From the NCBI GenBank assembly GCA_963843835.1, contig CAWJMD010000008.1, forward strand, positions 1,228,706-1,292,705: DNA of 64,000 nucleotides, given 5' to 3'. A program made the position numbers and the translations under genes. This DNA comes from an uncultured Actinomycetota bacterium (GTDB taxonomy: Bacteria > Actinomycetota > Actinomycetes > Actinomycetales > CAWJMD01). The notes under the pieces were generated by a model. It was not told where the DNA came from, ran no database searches, and saw nothing but the letters and a program-made list of their open reading frames with translations. This document shows positions 41,697-54,208 of this stretch, piece by piece (positions within the stretch are counted from its first letter, which is position 1; each line of letters opens with the position of its first letter).

Positions 41697-41811
41697 CCCG
41701 CGCTTGCCGAGCGACGGATCGCGCTCGACCGGGTCATCACCCGGGGCACCCCACCGCGGAGGAGGGTTGCCGGCCAGCAAGCCGGGGCTGAACGCTGGCA
41801 CTCATGACCTG
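41697..41811 (-). promoter_or_regulatory. SAM-IV riboswitch in the metY-metX leader
   Basis: Minus strand reads AGGUCAUGAGUGCCAGCGUUCAGCCCCGGCUUGCUGGCCGGCAACCCUCCUCCGCGGUGGGGUGCCCCGGGUGAUGACCCGGUCGAGCGCGAUCCGUCGCUCGGCAAGCGCGGG. This matches the SAM-IV consensus as I remember it almost block for block. A GGGCCC-CUCCAC-GGGCCC hairpin (41682-41699) plus UUU follows, 13 nt before the SD. Confidence 0.8.
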
Positions 41812-41817
41812 GCTACG

Positions 41818-41846
41818 AGGTTAGGCGTGCTCCGGGGCCGCGCCAA
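41818..41846 (-). promoter_or_regulatory. Candidate sigma-A type promoter for the riboswitch-metY-metX transcript
   Basis: On the minus strand, TTGGCG (41846-41841), a 17-nt spacer, then TAACCT (41823-41818), ending about 7 nt before the riboswitch 5' end. Confidence 0.25.
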
Positions 41847-41860
41847 TGCCACGCACGGAA

Positions 41861-41877
41861 GTCTCATTTAATGAGAC
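41861..41877. promoter_or_regulatory. Perfect 17-bp AT-rich palindrome upstream of the metY promoter (candidate regulator binding site)
   Basis: GTCTCATT-T-AATGAGAC, located about 15 nt upstream of the putative -35 and 38 nt downstream of the DUF4192 stop. Confidence 0.3.
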
Positions 41878-41914
41878 CGAACGACGACAGGTGAGATGAG
41901 GACTCCGTTGCGGA

Positions 41915-43060
41915 TCAACCCGTCCGGTCCGCCCCGGCGAGGTCCGCCTCGCGGTCGAGGACGACCCAGGCCGGGGCCGTCCCCGACCGCACCGCGCGGT
42001 CCACGAGGTGGGCGAGGCGGTTCCCGGGGGCGGCGGCCAGGGCGAGGTCGGCCAGCTCTCCCGCACGGGCTCCGTCCCCCTCCCACCACGCCGCCCAGGC
42101 CATCGCCGCGAGCGGCGCGGCACGGTGGTCGCCGGGCGAGTGACGTACCAGCTCGACGAGGGCTGCTCGAGCCGACGTCAGCAGCTCCGGATCAGGCACC
42201 GACGCCTCGCCGGGTCCGAAGACGCCGTCGAGCAGCCGGTGCGTGCGCCCGTCCGGTCCGCCGGCCGCGAGGGACTCCGGTGCGTCGCCGGCGCCAGGGA
42301 CCGCCGTCAGCAGCACGGCGTCGCGGACCCAGGGGTCGGCCAGTCGTGCGAGGACGTCGCCGACCAGCTGGCGGCGGCGCCGCGTCTCGAGGGGGCCCGT
42401 GGGCGTCGTCGGCGGCCCGTCCAGGAAGGACCCGAGGATCGTCCGCCACGCGCGGAGACCCTCCAGCCGCCAGTCGGCGTCGCCGTCCCGGTCCGGTACC
42501 GCCGCCGCGATCGCCTGGGCGACCGCTGCCAGGGCGTCCGGCAGGACCGGCCCGAGGTCGGGCAGCAGGTGCTCGCGTCCCGGCGCCACGCCCATGCCGA
42601 GGCCCACCATCTCGGCGCTGACGCGGCTGCCCTGCAGCTCGGAGACCGGCCAGCCCGCCGGCGGGCAGCACCGGGCGTCGGCGCAGGTCAAGGAGCGGAA
42701 GCGGTGCGGCCCTACGTGCCACCCGTCCATCAGCTCGACGCTCCGGTCGTCCAGGCACGAGCGCAGGGTGTCGACCAGCTCGTCGAAGGGGCCCGGCCCC
42801 TCGTCGTAGACGACGGCCACGGCACGGTCGGCACCGTCCTGGCGGAGGTAGCCGACGACCTGCTCGCACAGGACCCTGGCGTCGCCGCGGCCGGGGAGGT
42901 CGACACGGAGCACGAGGCCGACGCGCGCCCGCGGCCCGCGCAGGCTCAACAGGGCCAGTGACCGGCGGGGCACGAAACCCAGCCGGTAGGGCACCAGGGC
43001 GACGAGGTCACGAGGCTCGCGGACCTTCAGGACGGGAGACGGAGGCGGGGCGCTGGGCAT
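41915..43060 (-). CDS. DUF4192 domain protein
   Basis: ATG 43060 inside listed ORF 41915..43099. PVLKVREPRDLVALVPYRLGFVPRRSLALLSLRG is the typical DUF4192 N-terminus. Confidence 0.7.
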   Translation of the reverse strand: MPSAPPPSPVLKVREPRDLVALVPYRLGFVPRRSLALLSLRGPRARVGLVLRVDLPGRGDARVLCEQVVGYLRQDGADRAVAVVYDEGPGPFDELVDTLRSCLDDRSVELMDGWHVGPHRFRSLTCADARCCPPAGWPVSELQGSRVSAEMVGLGMGVAPGREHLLPDLGPVLPDALAAVAQAIAAAVPDRDGDADWRLEGLRAWRTILGSFLDGPPTTPTGPLETRRRRQLVGDVLARLADPWVRDAVLLTAVPGAGDAPESLAAGGPDGRTHRLLDGVFGPGEASVPDPELLTSARAALVELVRHSPGDHRAAPLAAMAWAAWWEGDGARAGELADLALAAAPGNRLAHLVDRAVRSGTAPAWVVLDREADLAGADRTG

Positions 43061-43153
43061 GCCCCGACCTTCGGATCCCGAGCACGTCGACACCAGCACC
43101 GCGGGCCGCCTGTGGACGACGACCGGGGATCCCGTCCGCTGTGGACGGAGGGG

Positions 43154-43582
43154 TCAGATCACCTCGCCGGGGATCGTGCGACCCCGGTTCCCCGTGCTCG
43201 GGCCGCCACCGCTGACCCGCGCGCCGTCGGCCTCCCACGCCAGGAAGGCGTCGGTCTCGGAGAGCACCGCCCCGACCAGCCAGCTGAGCACCAGCGCGTC
43301 GTCGCCGAGCCCGGCCACGAGCAGCATGGCCTCCGGCATCAGGTCGATCGGGGAGACCACGTAGACCAGCGCCAGGCCCATCATCAGGAGCCGTCCGCGG
43401 TCGAGGCCGGGATACTGACCGCGCAGCGTCATCGCCACCATCCGGGGCAGCGCCCGCAGCTGGTCGGACACGGGGGGCGAGCCAGGTCGCCGCTGCCCAC
43501 GCAGCGTCCTCCAGAGGGTCGCGAAGGCGGACATCCGTCGCATCGTTCCTCCCGGGTGCACCCCCGGCGGGTGCGTCGTCAT
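43154..43582 (-). CDS. DUF1232 (YkvA-like) membrane protein
   Basis: 142 aa with motif LALVYVVSPIDLMPEAMLLVAGLGDDALV. The start may be an internal ATG. Confidence 0.7.
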   Translation of the reverse strand: MTTHPPGVHPGGTMRRMSAFATLWRTLRGQRRPGSPPVSDQLRALPRMVAMTLRGQYPGLDRGRLLMMGLALVYVVSPIDLMPEAMLLVAGLGDDALVLSWLVGAVLSETDAFLAWEADGARVSGGGPSTGNRGRTIPGEVI

Positions 43583-43614
43583 CTCGAACGCCCGTCGAGC
43601 GCCGGACGTTCCCC

Positions 43615-44283
43615 TCAGTGTCGGTGCACGAACTCCTTGCGCGCCGAGTCGGCGATCTTCCGCAGCAGCCAGAGGTCCAGCCCGGCTCCGATCGCGCCGC
43701 CCGCCAGCGGGACCGCACGCCCCAGCCTGGACAGGCTCTTCTTCCCGATCTGCGCCAGCAACCGGAACCCGATCCCCTTGTTCAGCACCATCAGCGCCGG
43801 GCCGGGCAGCCGCTGGAGCGCGAGGTCGGCGATCCTGCCCGACGGGTTCATCCCTGCCTTGTGCAGGAGGCTCTTGGCGTCCGCGCCGACGAGGGTGAGC
43901 AGCACCGCCGTCCGGACCTCCGGACGGGTCACGTCGTAGCCGCGAAGGTGGGCGATCCCCGCGACCATGCGCGTCGCGATGCCGTAGAAGCCGGCGACGT
44001 TGGCGGGCAGCGCGACCGGCAGTGTGAAGAAGCCACCGATCCCGGTGACGAACCCACCGGCGGCGGCCAGCCGGCCGTGCGAGGAGACCAGGTCGTCGAC
44101 GGCCGCGTCCACGCCCGGGGACCGGGTCCGTGCGGCGTCGGCGACCGCGGCAGCGGGGTCCAGCGGGCCGACCCCGTCGATGCCGGCGTCGACGAGCCGG
44201 GTCACCAGCACGGTGGCCGCGCGTTCCAGGCGGCTCCCGTCCTGGCCGTCGGGCCGCGTGGACTTCTCCAGGTCCCTCGCCAT
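43615..44283 (-). CDS. EcsC family protein
   Basis: ATG 44283 (SD GGGGAGGA) inside listed ORF 43615..44427. ...GFVTGIGGFFTLPVALPANVAGFYGIATRMVAGIAHLRGYD... resembles EcsC. Confidence 0.5.
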   Translation of the reverse strand: MARDLEKSTRPDGQDGSRLERAATVLVTRLVDAGIDGVGPLDPAAAVADAARTRSPGVDAAVDDLVSSHGRLAAAGGFVTGIGGFFTLPVALPANVAGFYGIATRMVAGIAHLRGYDVTRPEVRTAVLLTLVGADAKSLLHKAGMNPSGRIADLALQRLPGPALMVLNKGIGFRLLAQIGKKSLSRLGRAVPLAGGAIGAGLDLWLLRKIADSARKEFVHRH

Positions 44284-44383
44284 GTGGACGTCCTCCCCAT
44301 CTCGGTGCCGCCCGATGGCGGCTTGCGTCGACGCGATTGTGCCCGCTGACCGCGATGTCCGCTCACCGTGGCAGGGTGACCGC

Positions 44384-46255
44384 GTGACCGATCCCGCGAC
44401 CCTCGCCTCCCTCACACGCGACGTCACGACCTGGCTCGACCTGCGGACGTGGCGGGCCTTCGACGTCGACGACAGCGGGAGGGTGCTCGCCGGTCACGAC
44501 GACAGCGGGTCGGTGCAGCTGGTGGAGATCGACCGCGCCACCGGCCGCAGGACACCTCTGACCGCGACGCCGGGCGCGGTGACGGGGCGCTACCTGCCCG
44601 GGGAGCGGTGCGTCGTCGTCGTCCACGACGAGGGTGGCGACGAGAACGCCCAGCTGTCGCTGCTGCGGCTCGACAGCGAGGACGCGCCCGCGCTGCCCGC
44701 CGACCTGGGCGCCCTCGAGCCGCTCGTGCACGAACCGGGTGTGATGCACCGCCTCCTCGACGTCCGGCCGGGCCTGGTGCTGTACGCCAGCAACTCCCGC
44801 AACCGGGTCGACTTCGACGTGCGCCTGCTCGACGTAGCCTCCTGCACCTCGCGAGCGGTCTTCGAGCGCGGTGGGTCCGTCACGTCCGCCTCGGTGTCCC
44901 CCGACGGCCTTCGGGTGGTCCTCGTCCTGTCCTCCCCGACCCTGCCGATGAGCGCCCACCTCGTGCTCGTCGACCTGACCGACCCCGACGCGGAGCCCGT
45001 CGCGCTGACCGACCCCGACGAGGCCGGCCGCCACGAGGGGGCGACCTGGTGGCCGGACGGTGGGGCGCTCCTGTACGCGACCGACGCCGACTTCGACACG
45101 ACGCTGGTCGGCCGCCACGACCTCCAGAGCGGACTGTTCTCGCCCGTCGTCGCCCACGACCGGTGGGACGTGCAGGGCTGGCTGTCCCCGGACGGCTCGG
45201 CCCTGCTCGCCGAGACCCTGGTCGACGGGGAGTCGCGCCTCGGCCTGTACGACCCGTCGACCGGTCGGCTGCGCCACGAGGTGGATCTCCCCGGCGGCGG
45301 CACGTCGGAGGCCGGGCACATCGGCTACACGCTCCCGGAGCCGGTGTGGTCCCCCGACTCCCGCACGGTCGTCCTCTCGTTCTGCGCTCCCGGCGTGCCC
45401 GGCGACGTCCTGCTCCTGGACGCCTCCGACGGGCGCGTCGAGGCGCTCACGGACTCGGCCGGACCGGTCCCCGACGTGGGGCTGCCGTCGTCGCACCTCG
45501 TCCCCACCCCGGACGGCGAGCAGGTTCCGTGCTTCGTCTACCCCCCCACCGTCGACACCGACCCGGACCGCGCGGGCACGGCCGTGCTCGTCGTGCACGG
45601 CGGGCCGGAGGGCCAGTCGCTGCGCACCTTCGCCCCGGTGACGCAGGCGCTCGCGGCCGCCGGGCACACGGTGCTGGTGCCGAACGTGCGCGGGTCTACG
45701 GGCTACGGCCGCCGCTGGTACTCGCTGGACGACGGTCCCCGCCGGCTCGACTCGGTGGCCGACCTCGCCGCCCTGCACGCGTGGCTCCCGTCCCTCGGCC
45801 TCGACCCCGGCAGGGCAGCGCTCTGGGGTGGCTCCTACGGCGGCTACATGGTGCTGGCGGGCATGACGTTCCAGCCCGAGCTGTGGGCGGCCGGCGTCGA
45901 CATCGTGGGCATCTCGTCCCTGGTCACGTTCCTGGAGAACACGTCCCCCTACCGGCGCGCCTACCGCGAGCGCGAGTACGGACGGCTGGACACCGACCGG
46001 CAGATGCTCGAGGACGCCTCACCGCTGGGACGCATCGACCAGGTCAAGGCCCCGCTGTTCGTCATCCACGGGGCCAACGACCCCCGGGTGCCGCTGTCCG
46101 AGGCGGAGCAGCTCGTCGAGGCAGTGCGCTCGCGGGGCATCGAGTGCGAGCTGCGGGTGTACTCGGACGAAGGGCACGGCCTGGCCAAGCGCGCGAACCG
46201 GCTGGACGCCTACCCGGCTGCCATCGCCGCGCTCACGCGGTGGCTGGAGAGCTGA
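44384..46255 (+). CDS. S9 family serine peptidase (prolyl oligopeptidase / dipeptidyl aminopeptidase type)
   Basis: In frame with ORF 44000..46255. Start GTG 44384 or 44339. Beta-propeller-like N-terminal half, catalytic GGSYGG, HGANDPRV, EGHG. Confidence 0.8.
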   Translation: MTDPATLASLTRDVTTWLDLRTWRAFDVDDSGRVLAGHDDSGSVQLVEIDRATGRRTPLTATPGAVTGRYLPGERCVVVVHDEGGDENAQLSLLRLDSEDAPALPADLGALEPLVHEPGVMHRLLDVRPGLVLYASNSRNRVDFDVRLLDVASCTSRAVFERGGSVTSASVSPDGLRVVLVLSSPTLPMSAHLVLVDLTDPDAEPVALTDPDEAGRHEGATWWPDGGALLYATDADFDTTLVGRHDLQSGLFSPVVAHDRWDVQGWLSPDGSALLAETLVDGESRLGLYDPSTGRLRHEVDLPGGGTSEAGHIGYTLPEPVWSPDSRTVVLSFCAPGVPGDVLLLDASDGRVEALTDSAGPVPDVGLPSSHLVPTPDGEQVPCFVYPPTVDTDPDRAGTAVLVVHGGPEGQSLRTFAPVTQALAAAGHTVLVPNVRGSTGYGRRWYSLDDGPRRLDSVADLAALHAWLPSLGLDPGRAALWGGSYGGYMVLAGMTFQPELWAAGVDIVGISSLVTFLENTSPYRRAYREREYGRLDTDRQMLEDASPLGRIDQVKAPLFVIHGANDPRVPLSEAEQLVEAVRSRGIECELRVYSDEGHGLAKRANRLDAYPAAIAALTRWLES

Positions 46256-46322
46256 CCTGGACGCCGCTGCGCTCGACGGGCCGGCCACGTCGGCCCCGGC
46301 CGGCCTCGAGCTCGGCGCCCCC

Positions 46323-48044
46323 TTGGCGCTGGTCGTCGCGCGCGACGTGGCGGTCCTCACCGCCGATGGTGGCCCGCACTGGTCGGTGCCCCTGACCGAC
46401 GTAGCCGACCACTGCGCGCGCATCGATGCCGAGGTCGGGCCCCGGTGGGTGTGGTGGTCCGCCCGCTCCGCCGCGGCGCCGTTGCTGGGACACCGCCCCG
46501 ACCTGCGCCTGCGCCGGTGCTGGGACCTGGCGGCGGTGCACCGGCTCCAGCACGGCGGGTGGCGGGACGACCCCGCCCGGCTGTGGGCGACGCTGCGCGG
46601 TCTCGACGAGGCCGACATCCCCCGCGACGGCCAGCTCGACCTGTTCGGCGCCGGCGGCGCGCCGGCGTCGGCGGCCGGGGACGACGGTGACCCGGAGCTA
46701 CCCGTCCGGCCGGACGGGTACCTGCGCCCGGACTGGGCCTGCGGCGGCTGGGCGGCCTCTCCCGAGCGGGCCCTGACCTGGGCCCGGTTGGCGCTGGAGG
46801 TCGCGTCCGCGCAGCGGGCCGCGGTCGAAGCGGTGGACGCCCGGGGGCCCGTCCTGCACACGGCCTGGTCGGAGTCGGCGGCCGAGCTGCTGTGTGCGGA
46901 GCTGGAGCGCGACGGCCTCCCGGTCGACCGGGACGCCGCGGAGGCCGTGATCGAGGCGGTAGCGGGCCGGCGGCCCCGTGACGAGGCGGACGCCGCGGCC
47001 CTGCGCGCCGAGCGGGACGCCGCCGTGCTGGCCACCGCCCCGCGGGCGGGCAACGTCGACCTGAGAAGCCCCGCCCAGGTGAAGCTGCTGCTGGCCCGGC
47101 ACGGCTTCGACCTGCCCGACACCCGCTCCTGGCGCCTGGAGCAGCACGCGGGTGCCCACCCGCTCGTCGACGCCTTGATCGAGTGGCGAAAGGCCGAGCG
47201 CCTCTGCACGACCTACGGGTACCGCTGGCTCGACCAGCACCTGGGCGCGGACGGCCGGTTCCGTGGCGCGTGGTCCGGCAGTGACGGCGGAGCGGGCCGG
47301 ATGACGGCGCAGGCCGGCCTGCACTCGATACCCCGGGAGCTGCGCGTGGCAGTGGTCGCCGAGCCTGGCCACCGCCTCGTCCGCGCCGACCTCGGGCAGG
47401 TCGAGCCGCGCGTGCTGGCCGCTGTGTCAGGAGACCCGGGGCTCGCGCGCGCGGCGCGTGCCGACGACCTCTACGCCGACGTCGCCGCGGCCCTGAGGTG
47501 CGAGCGGCCGGTGGCCAAGATCGCCGTGCTGGCCGCGATGTACGGGCAGACCTCGGGCACCGCCGGAATGGCGCTCAAGGACATGGAACGGGCGTACCCG
47601 GTCGCGATGGCCTACCTGCAGGCCGCCTACGAGGACGGGCGTGCGGGCCGCGCCGTCCTCACGTTCGGGGGACGACGCGTCCGGATGTTCGACGTCGACC
47701 CCGTCCCGGAGGACGCCGGCGAGGAGCTCCTGCGCCCGTACCGTGCGGTCGTGGCGGGACGGGGGCGCTTCGCCCGCAACGCCGTCGTGCAGGGGTCGGC
47801 CGCCGAGCTCTTCAAGGCGTGGACGGCGACGGTGCGGGCCCGGCTCGCCCGCGAGGGCAGCGGGACCGTCGTCCTGTGCCTGCACGACGAGCTGCTGCTG
47901 CACGTCCGTGAGGACGCTGCGGACCAGGTGGCCCGCGACATCGTGACCGACCTCGAGGGGACCGCTGCCCGATGGTGCGGCCCGGCGGTGCGGTTCGTGG
48001 CCGACGTCAGCGTCGTCGACCGCTGGTCGGACGCCAAGGGCTGA
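46323..48044 (+). CDS. Family-A DNA polymerase-like protein (annotated in relatives as bifunctional 3'-5' exonuclease/DNA polymerase)
   Basis: 573 aa (TTG start, uncertain). Pol I motif A-like RADLGQVEPRVLA, motif B-like RPVAKIAVLAAMYGQTSG, motif C LCLHDELLLHV. Confidence 0.75.
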   Translation: MALVVARDVAVLTADGGPHWSVPLTDVADHCARIDAEVGPRWVWWSARSAAAPLLGHRPDLRLRRCWDLAAVHRLQHGGWRDDPARLWATLRGLDEADIPRDGQLDLFGAGGAPASAAGDDGDPELPVRPDGYLRPDWACGGWAASPERALTWARLALEVASAQRAAVEAVDARGPVLHTAWSESAAELLCAELERDGLPVDRDAAEAVIEAVAGRRPRDEADAAALRAERDAAVLATAPRAGNVDLRSPAQVKLLLARHGFDLPDTRSWRLEQHAGAHPLVDALIEWRKAERLCTTYGYRWLDQHLGADGRFRGAWSGSDGGAGRMTAQAGLHSIPRELRVAVVAEPGHRLVRADLGQVEPRVLAAVSGDPGLARAARADDLYADVAAALRCERPVAKIAVLAAMYGQTSGTAGMALKDMERAYPVAMAYLQAAYEDGRAGRAVLTFGGRRVRMFDVDPVPEDAGEELLRPYRAVVAGRGRFARNAVVQGSAAELFKAWTATVRARLAREGSGTVVLCLHDELLLHVREDAADQVARDIVTDLEGTAARWCGPAVRFVADVSVVDRWSDAKG

Positions 48045-48056
48045 GCGACGGACGCG

Positions 48057-48704
48057 TCAGCGGAACGCCTTGTGCTCCGGCCACGGTGCGTCAGCCGGAC
48101 GCAGCGACGCCCAGCCCTGCTCGCGCGACGCGCACGCGGCCAGCACGCCGGCCACGGTGGTCGGGTTGTGCAGCCGCCCGGACAGCACAGCGTCCCGGGC
48201 CTCGTCCAGCGGCACCCACTCGGCGACCATGTCGCGCTCCTCGTGCAGGCGCTCGTGCCGGTCGTCCTCGGGCACGGACGACAGGTCCCGCGCGAGGTAC
48301 ACCCTGATCGCCTCGTCCATGCCGCCGGGCGAGTTGAACCAGTCGATCAGCACGTCCCACCGCGTCGCGGTGAGGTCGGCCTCCTCGGCCAGCTCGCGCC
48401 GGGCCGCATCCAGGGGCAGCTCGCCCCGCACGTCCAGCAGCCCGGCAGGCAGCTCCCACAGGTCGTGGCGCACCGGATGGCGGTACTGGTAGACGAACAG
48501 CGCTCTGTCCTGGTCGTCGAGCGCCATCACGCCGACCGCTCCGGGGTGCGAGACGTACTCCCGCCGAACGGTGCCCGACTCACCGAGGTCGACGGTCTCG
48601 CGCACGACCTCCCAGATCAGCCCGGAGTGCACGACCTCCGAGTCGGTGACCTGTCGCGGGGCGTAGGTGTCGCCAGCCGCGAAACGTGGTGCAGGAGAAT
48701 GCAT
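48057..48704 (-). CDS. nudF: ADP-ribose pyrophosphatase (NUDIX hydrolase)
   Basis: 215 aa with Nudix box-like PAGLLDVRGELPLDAARRELAEEADL. Conserved position downstream of pyrG (Rv1700-like). Confidence 0.8.
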   Translation of the reverse strand: MHSPAPRFAAGDTYAPRQVTDSEVVHSGLIWEVVRETVDLGESGTVRREYVSHPGAVGVMALDDQDRALFVYQYRHPVRHDLWELPAGLLDVRGELPLDAARRELAEEADLTATRWDVLIDWFNSPGGMDEAIRVYLARDLSSVPEDDRHERLHEERDMVAEWVPLDEARDAVLSGRLHNPTTVAGVLAACASREQGWASLRPADAPWPEHKAFR

Positions 48705-48710
48705 CCGAGT

Positions 48711-51669
<2,959 letters not shown>

Positions 51670-51673
<4 letters not shown>

Positions 51674-53376
51674 CGTTGGATCCCTTGCTCGGTCGTGATG
51701 TCGGAAGGCGGGTCGCCCGTCCGACCGCCACGCAGCTGGCGAGCGGCCGCCACCGTCGGGCGGTCGAGGACGGCGACTCCCCCGGCCAGGACGACCAGGG
51801 TCGCGGACGCCGCGACGACACCCGCCGCCACCGTGCCGAGAGCGGCTGAGCCCCAGGCGTCGGTCAGAGCCTTCCCGACCCACCACCCGGCGCCCGCGGC
51901 CACGAGGCTGGCGGTACCCGACCCCAGGGCCGTGCGGCCGAGGCCGCGTAGCGCCACGGGTCCGGTCACCCGGCGCAGGGCGACGAGGAGGGCCACCCCG
52001 GCGACCCCCATCCCCACGCTGCTGCCCGCCGCCAGGGCGACGGCCTGGTGCGGCGGCGCGGCCGCGAGCGCCAGCACGGTCATCGCGACGACGACCGCGA
52101 CCCAGCCGCCGGCCGTGGCCACCGCCGCGAGGCGTCCGCGCTCCAAGGCGTAGAGGGCGCGCCCGACGTGGGCGATCAGCGCGAAGCCGACGAGCCCGGG
52201 CGCCATCGCGACGACGGCCGCCCCCATCGCGCTCACGTCACCCGAGTCGAGGTGGGCGAAGAACCCGCCTACCGGCGTCGCGACGGCGACCAGCAGGGCG
52301 GCCCCGCCGGCAGCGACCAGGACCACCGCACGGGTCGTCCGGGCCGCCGTGGCCGCGAACCCCTGGGTGTCGCCCGTGGCCGCGCTGGTCGCGAGCCGGG
52401 GGAAGGCGCTGGTGGCCAGCGGGACGACCAGCACGGCGTACGGCAGCAGGTACACGGCCTGGGTGTACTGGTACACCGTCAGCGTCGAGGTGACCCCCCT
52501 CCCCGAGAGGTAGACCACCGCCACCACGGACGCCTGCTGCGCCAGCAGGGTGACCACCCCGGCGCCGGCCAGCCCGGCCGCCCGGGCTGCCACCCCGGGC
52601 GGGAAGCGCAGGGTGGGGCGCAGGCGGGTTCCCGTCCGCCACACCGGCAGCAGCAGCGGGACGGTCATCGCGACGACACCCGCGGTGGTCCCCCACGCCA
52701 GCCACGCCTGCGCGGACGCTGGCAGAGCCTCTGCGTCGTCCCGGTAGGGCCCGACCGTGGCCGAGAACGCCAGGTAGGCCCCGATCACGACGAGCGTCGA
52801 CAGCAGGGGCCCCAGGGCGGGCCAGGCGAACCGGTGGTGTGCCTGCAGCACTCCGACGAGCACGATCCCGAGGCCGTAGAGCACGACCTGTGGCGCGAAC
52901 ACCACGAGCATCTGCGCGGCCAGCCGCTCCCCGCCGGCGCAGGTCCCGGTGTTCACCAGGAGCCCCGTGATCGGGCCGGCCAGCAGGGCCAGCAGCACCG
53001 CGAGCGGAGTGAGCACCATCAGGGTCCAGGTCAGCAGGGCCGACGCGGTACGGTCCGCCACGGCCCGGTCGTCGCGTGCCAGCGGTCCGGCCAGGAGCGG
53101 GACCACGGCCCCGGCGAGTGCCCCGCCGGCGACCACCTCGAACAGCACGTTCGGCAGCTGGTTGGCCACGAGGTAGGCGTTGCCGACGCACTGGGCGCCG
53201 ACGGAGTCGGAGTACACGAGCCAGCGACCGAAGCCGGCGACGCGCGACACCAGGGTGATCGCGGCGATCACCCCCGCGCCGGCGGCGATGCCGGTGCCGA
53301 GGCGTCGGGCGGCGGGGGTCACGGCGGGCTCACGCGCGGGGCGGGGCCGGGCGACGGCCCAGCGCGTCCAGCTCAC
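51670..53376 (-). CDS. murJ: MurJ/MviN family lipid II (or lipid-linked glycan) flippase
   Basis: 568 aa polytopic. ITLVSRVAGFGRWLVYSDSVG...NAYLVANQLPNVLFEVVAGGALAGAVVP. The alternative start GTG 53322 avoids overlap with the upstream gene. Confidence 0.8.
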
Positions 53377-54208
53377 GCAGGCCGGGGGTCGCCTCGATCA
53401 CGCGCGTGAAGCTCACCTTCTCGCTGGCGAGGGTGGCCGCCACGAGGGCACCGAGCGCCAGCACCCGGGCGATGCGTCCGCTCCGCCCGGTGGCCGCGAC
53501 CAGGTGGGCCCCCAGGGCGGCCCCCGCCGCGTTGGCGCCGCAGTCGCCGAGCATGGCCTCCTCGCCCAGGTCGGGGGCCAGCAGCGGCAGGGCTGCCCCG
53601 ACCGCGGCACCGGCCAACGGGGCGGCGTGACCTCCCGAGAGGGCCGCCGGTGTGTGCGCCAGGACGATCTTCAGCACTCGGCCGGGCCGAAGATCGAGCA
53701 GGTTGAACAGGTTCGCCGCTCCCGCCACGACGCCCCCGGCGACGACCACGTCGGCGAGGTGAGCGAGCGGTCCCGTGTCCTCGTCACGCTCCAGCATCAG
53801 CGCGGCCGAGGCCAGGCCGGCGGCGCCGATCCCGAGGATCTTCAGGCCACCCGTGGTCAGCTCGCGGTGGCGCAGGGCGCCCAGGTGGCCGCGCAGCCCC
53901 TTGGCGGACCCCGTCTCGGTCAGGTCGTCGACCGCGCCGAACAGGGCGGCGCCTGCGGTGGCGACCACGGCACCGGCGCGCACGCGACCCGTGAGTCCGG
54001 GGGTCAGCGCCATCGCGGCGGCGGCCCCCGCGGCCCAGGCCGGTCCCTCGGCGAGCGTGACCGCGTCACCGCGGTGGTTGGTGCGCTCCCAGGCCCCGGC
54101 TCCGCCGGGGACCCTGCGGCGGGCGGCCCAGGTGGCCGCCGCACCGACCGCGGCCAGGACGACCGGGGCCAGCACCGCGCCTGGCCGGGACGGCGTGGAC
54201 CCGGTCAC
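53330..54208 (-). CDS. Polytopic membrane protein with weak MraY/WecA-like motif (polyprenyl-phosphate sugar-phosphate transferase-like); tentative
   Basis: 292 aa and very hydrophobic. AANLFNLLDLRPG resembles the NxxNxxD motif of the MraY/WecA family, but the protein is short. 4-nt overlap with the upstream gene. Confidence 0.35.
   Translation of the reverse strand: MTGSTPSRPGAVLAPVVLAAVGAAATWAARRRVPGGAGAWERTNHRGDAVTLAEGPAWAAGAAAAMALTPGLTGRVRAGAVVATAGAALFGAVDDLTETGSAKGLRGHLGALRHRELTTGGLKILGIGAAGLASAALMLERDEDTGPLAHLADVVVAGGVVAGAANLFNLLDLRPGRVLKIVLAHTPAALSGGHAAPLAGAAVGAALPLLAPDLGEEAMLGDCGANAAGAALGAHLVAATGRSGRIARVLALGALVAATLASEKVSFTRVIEATPGLRELDALGRRPAPPRA

Noticed and set aside
41861-41877. 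17-bp palindrome as the intrinsic terminator of the DUF4192 gene
   Set aside because: The AT-rich 8-bp arms have a 1-nt centre, giving a very weak hairpin, and there is no U-tract. A protein-binding site is more plausible.
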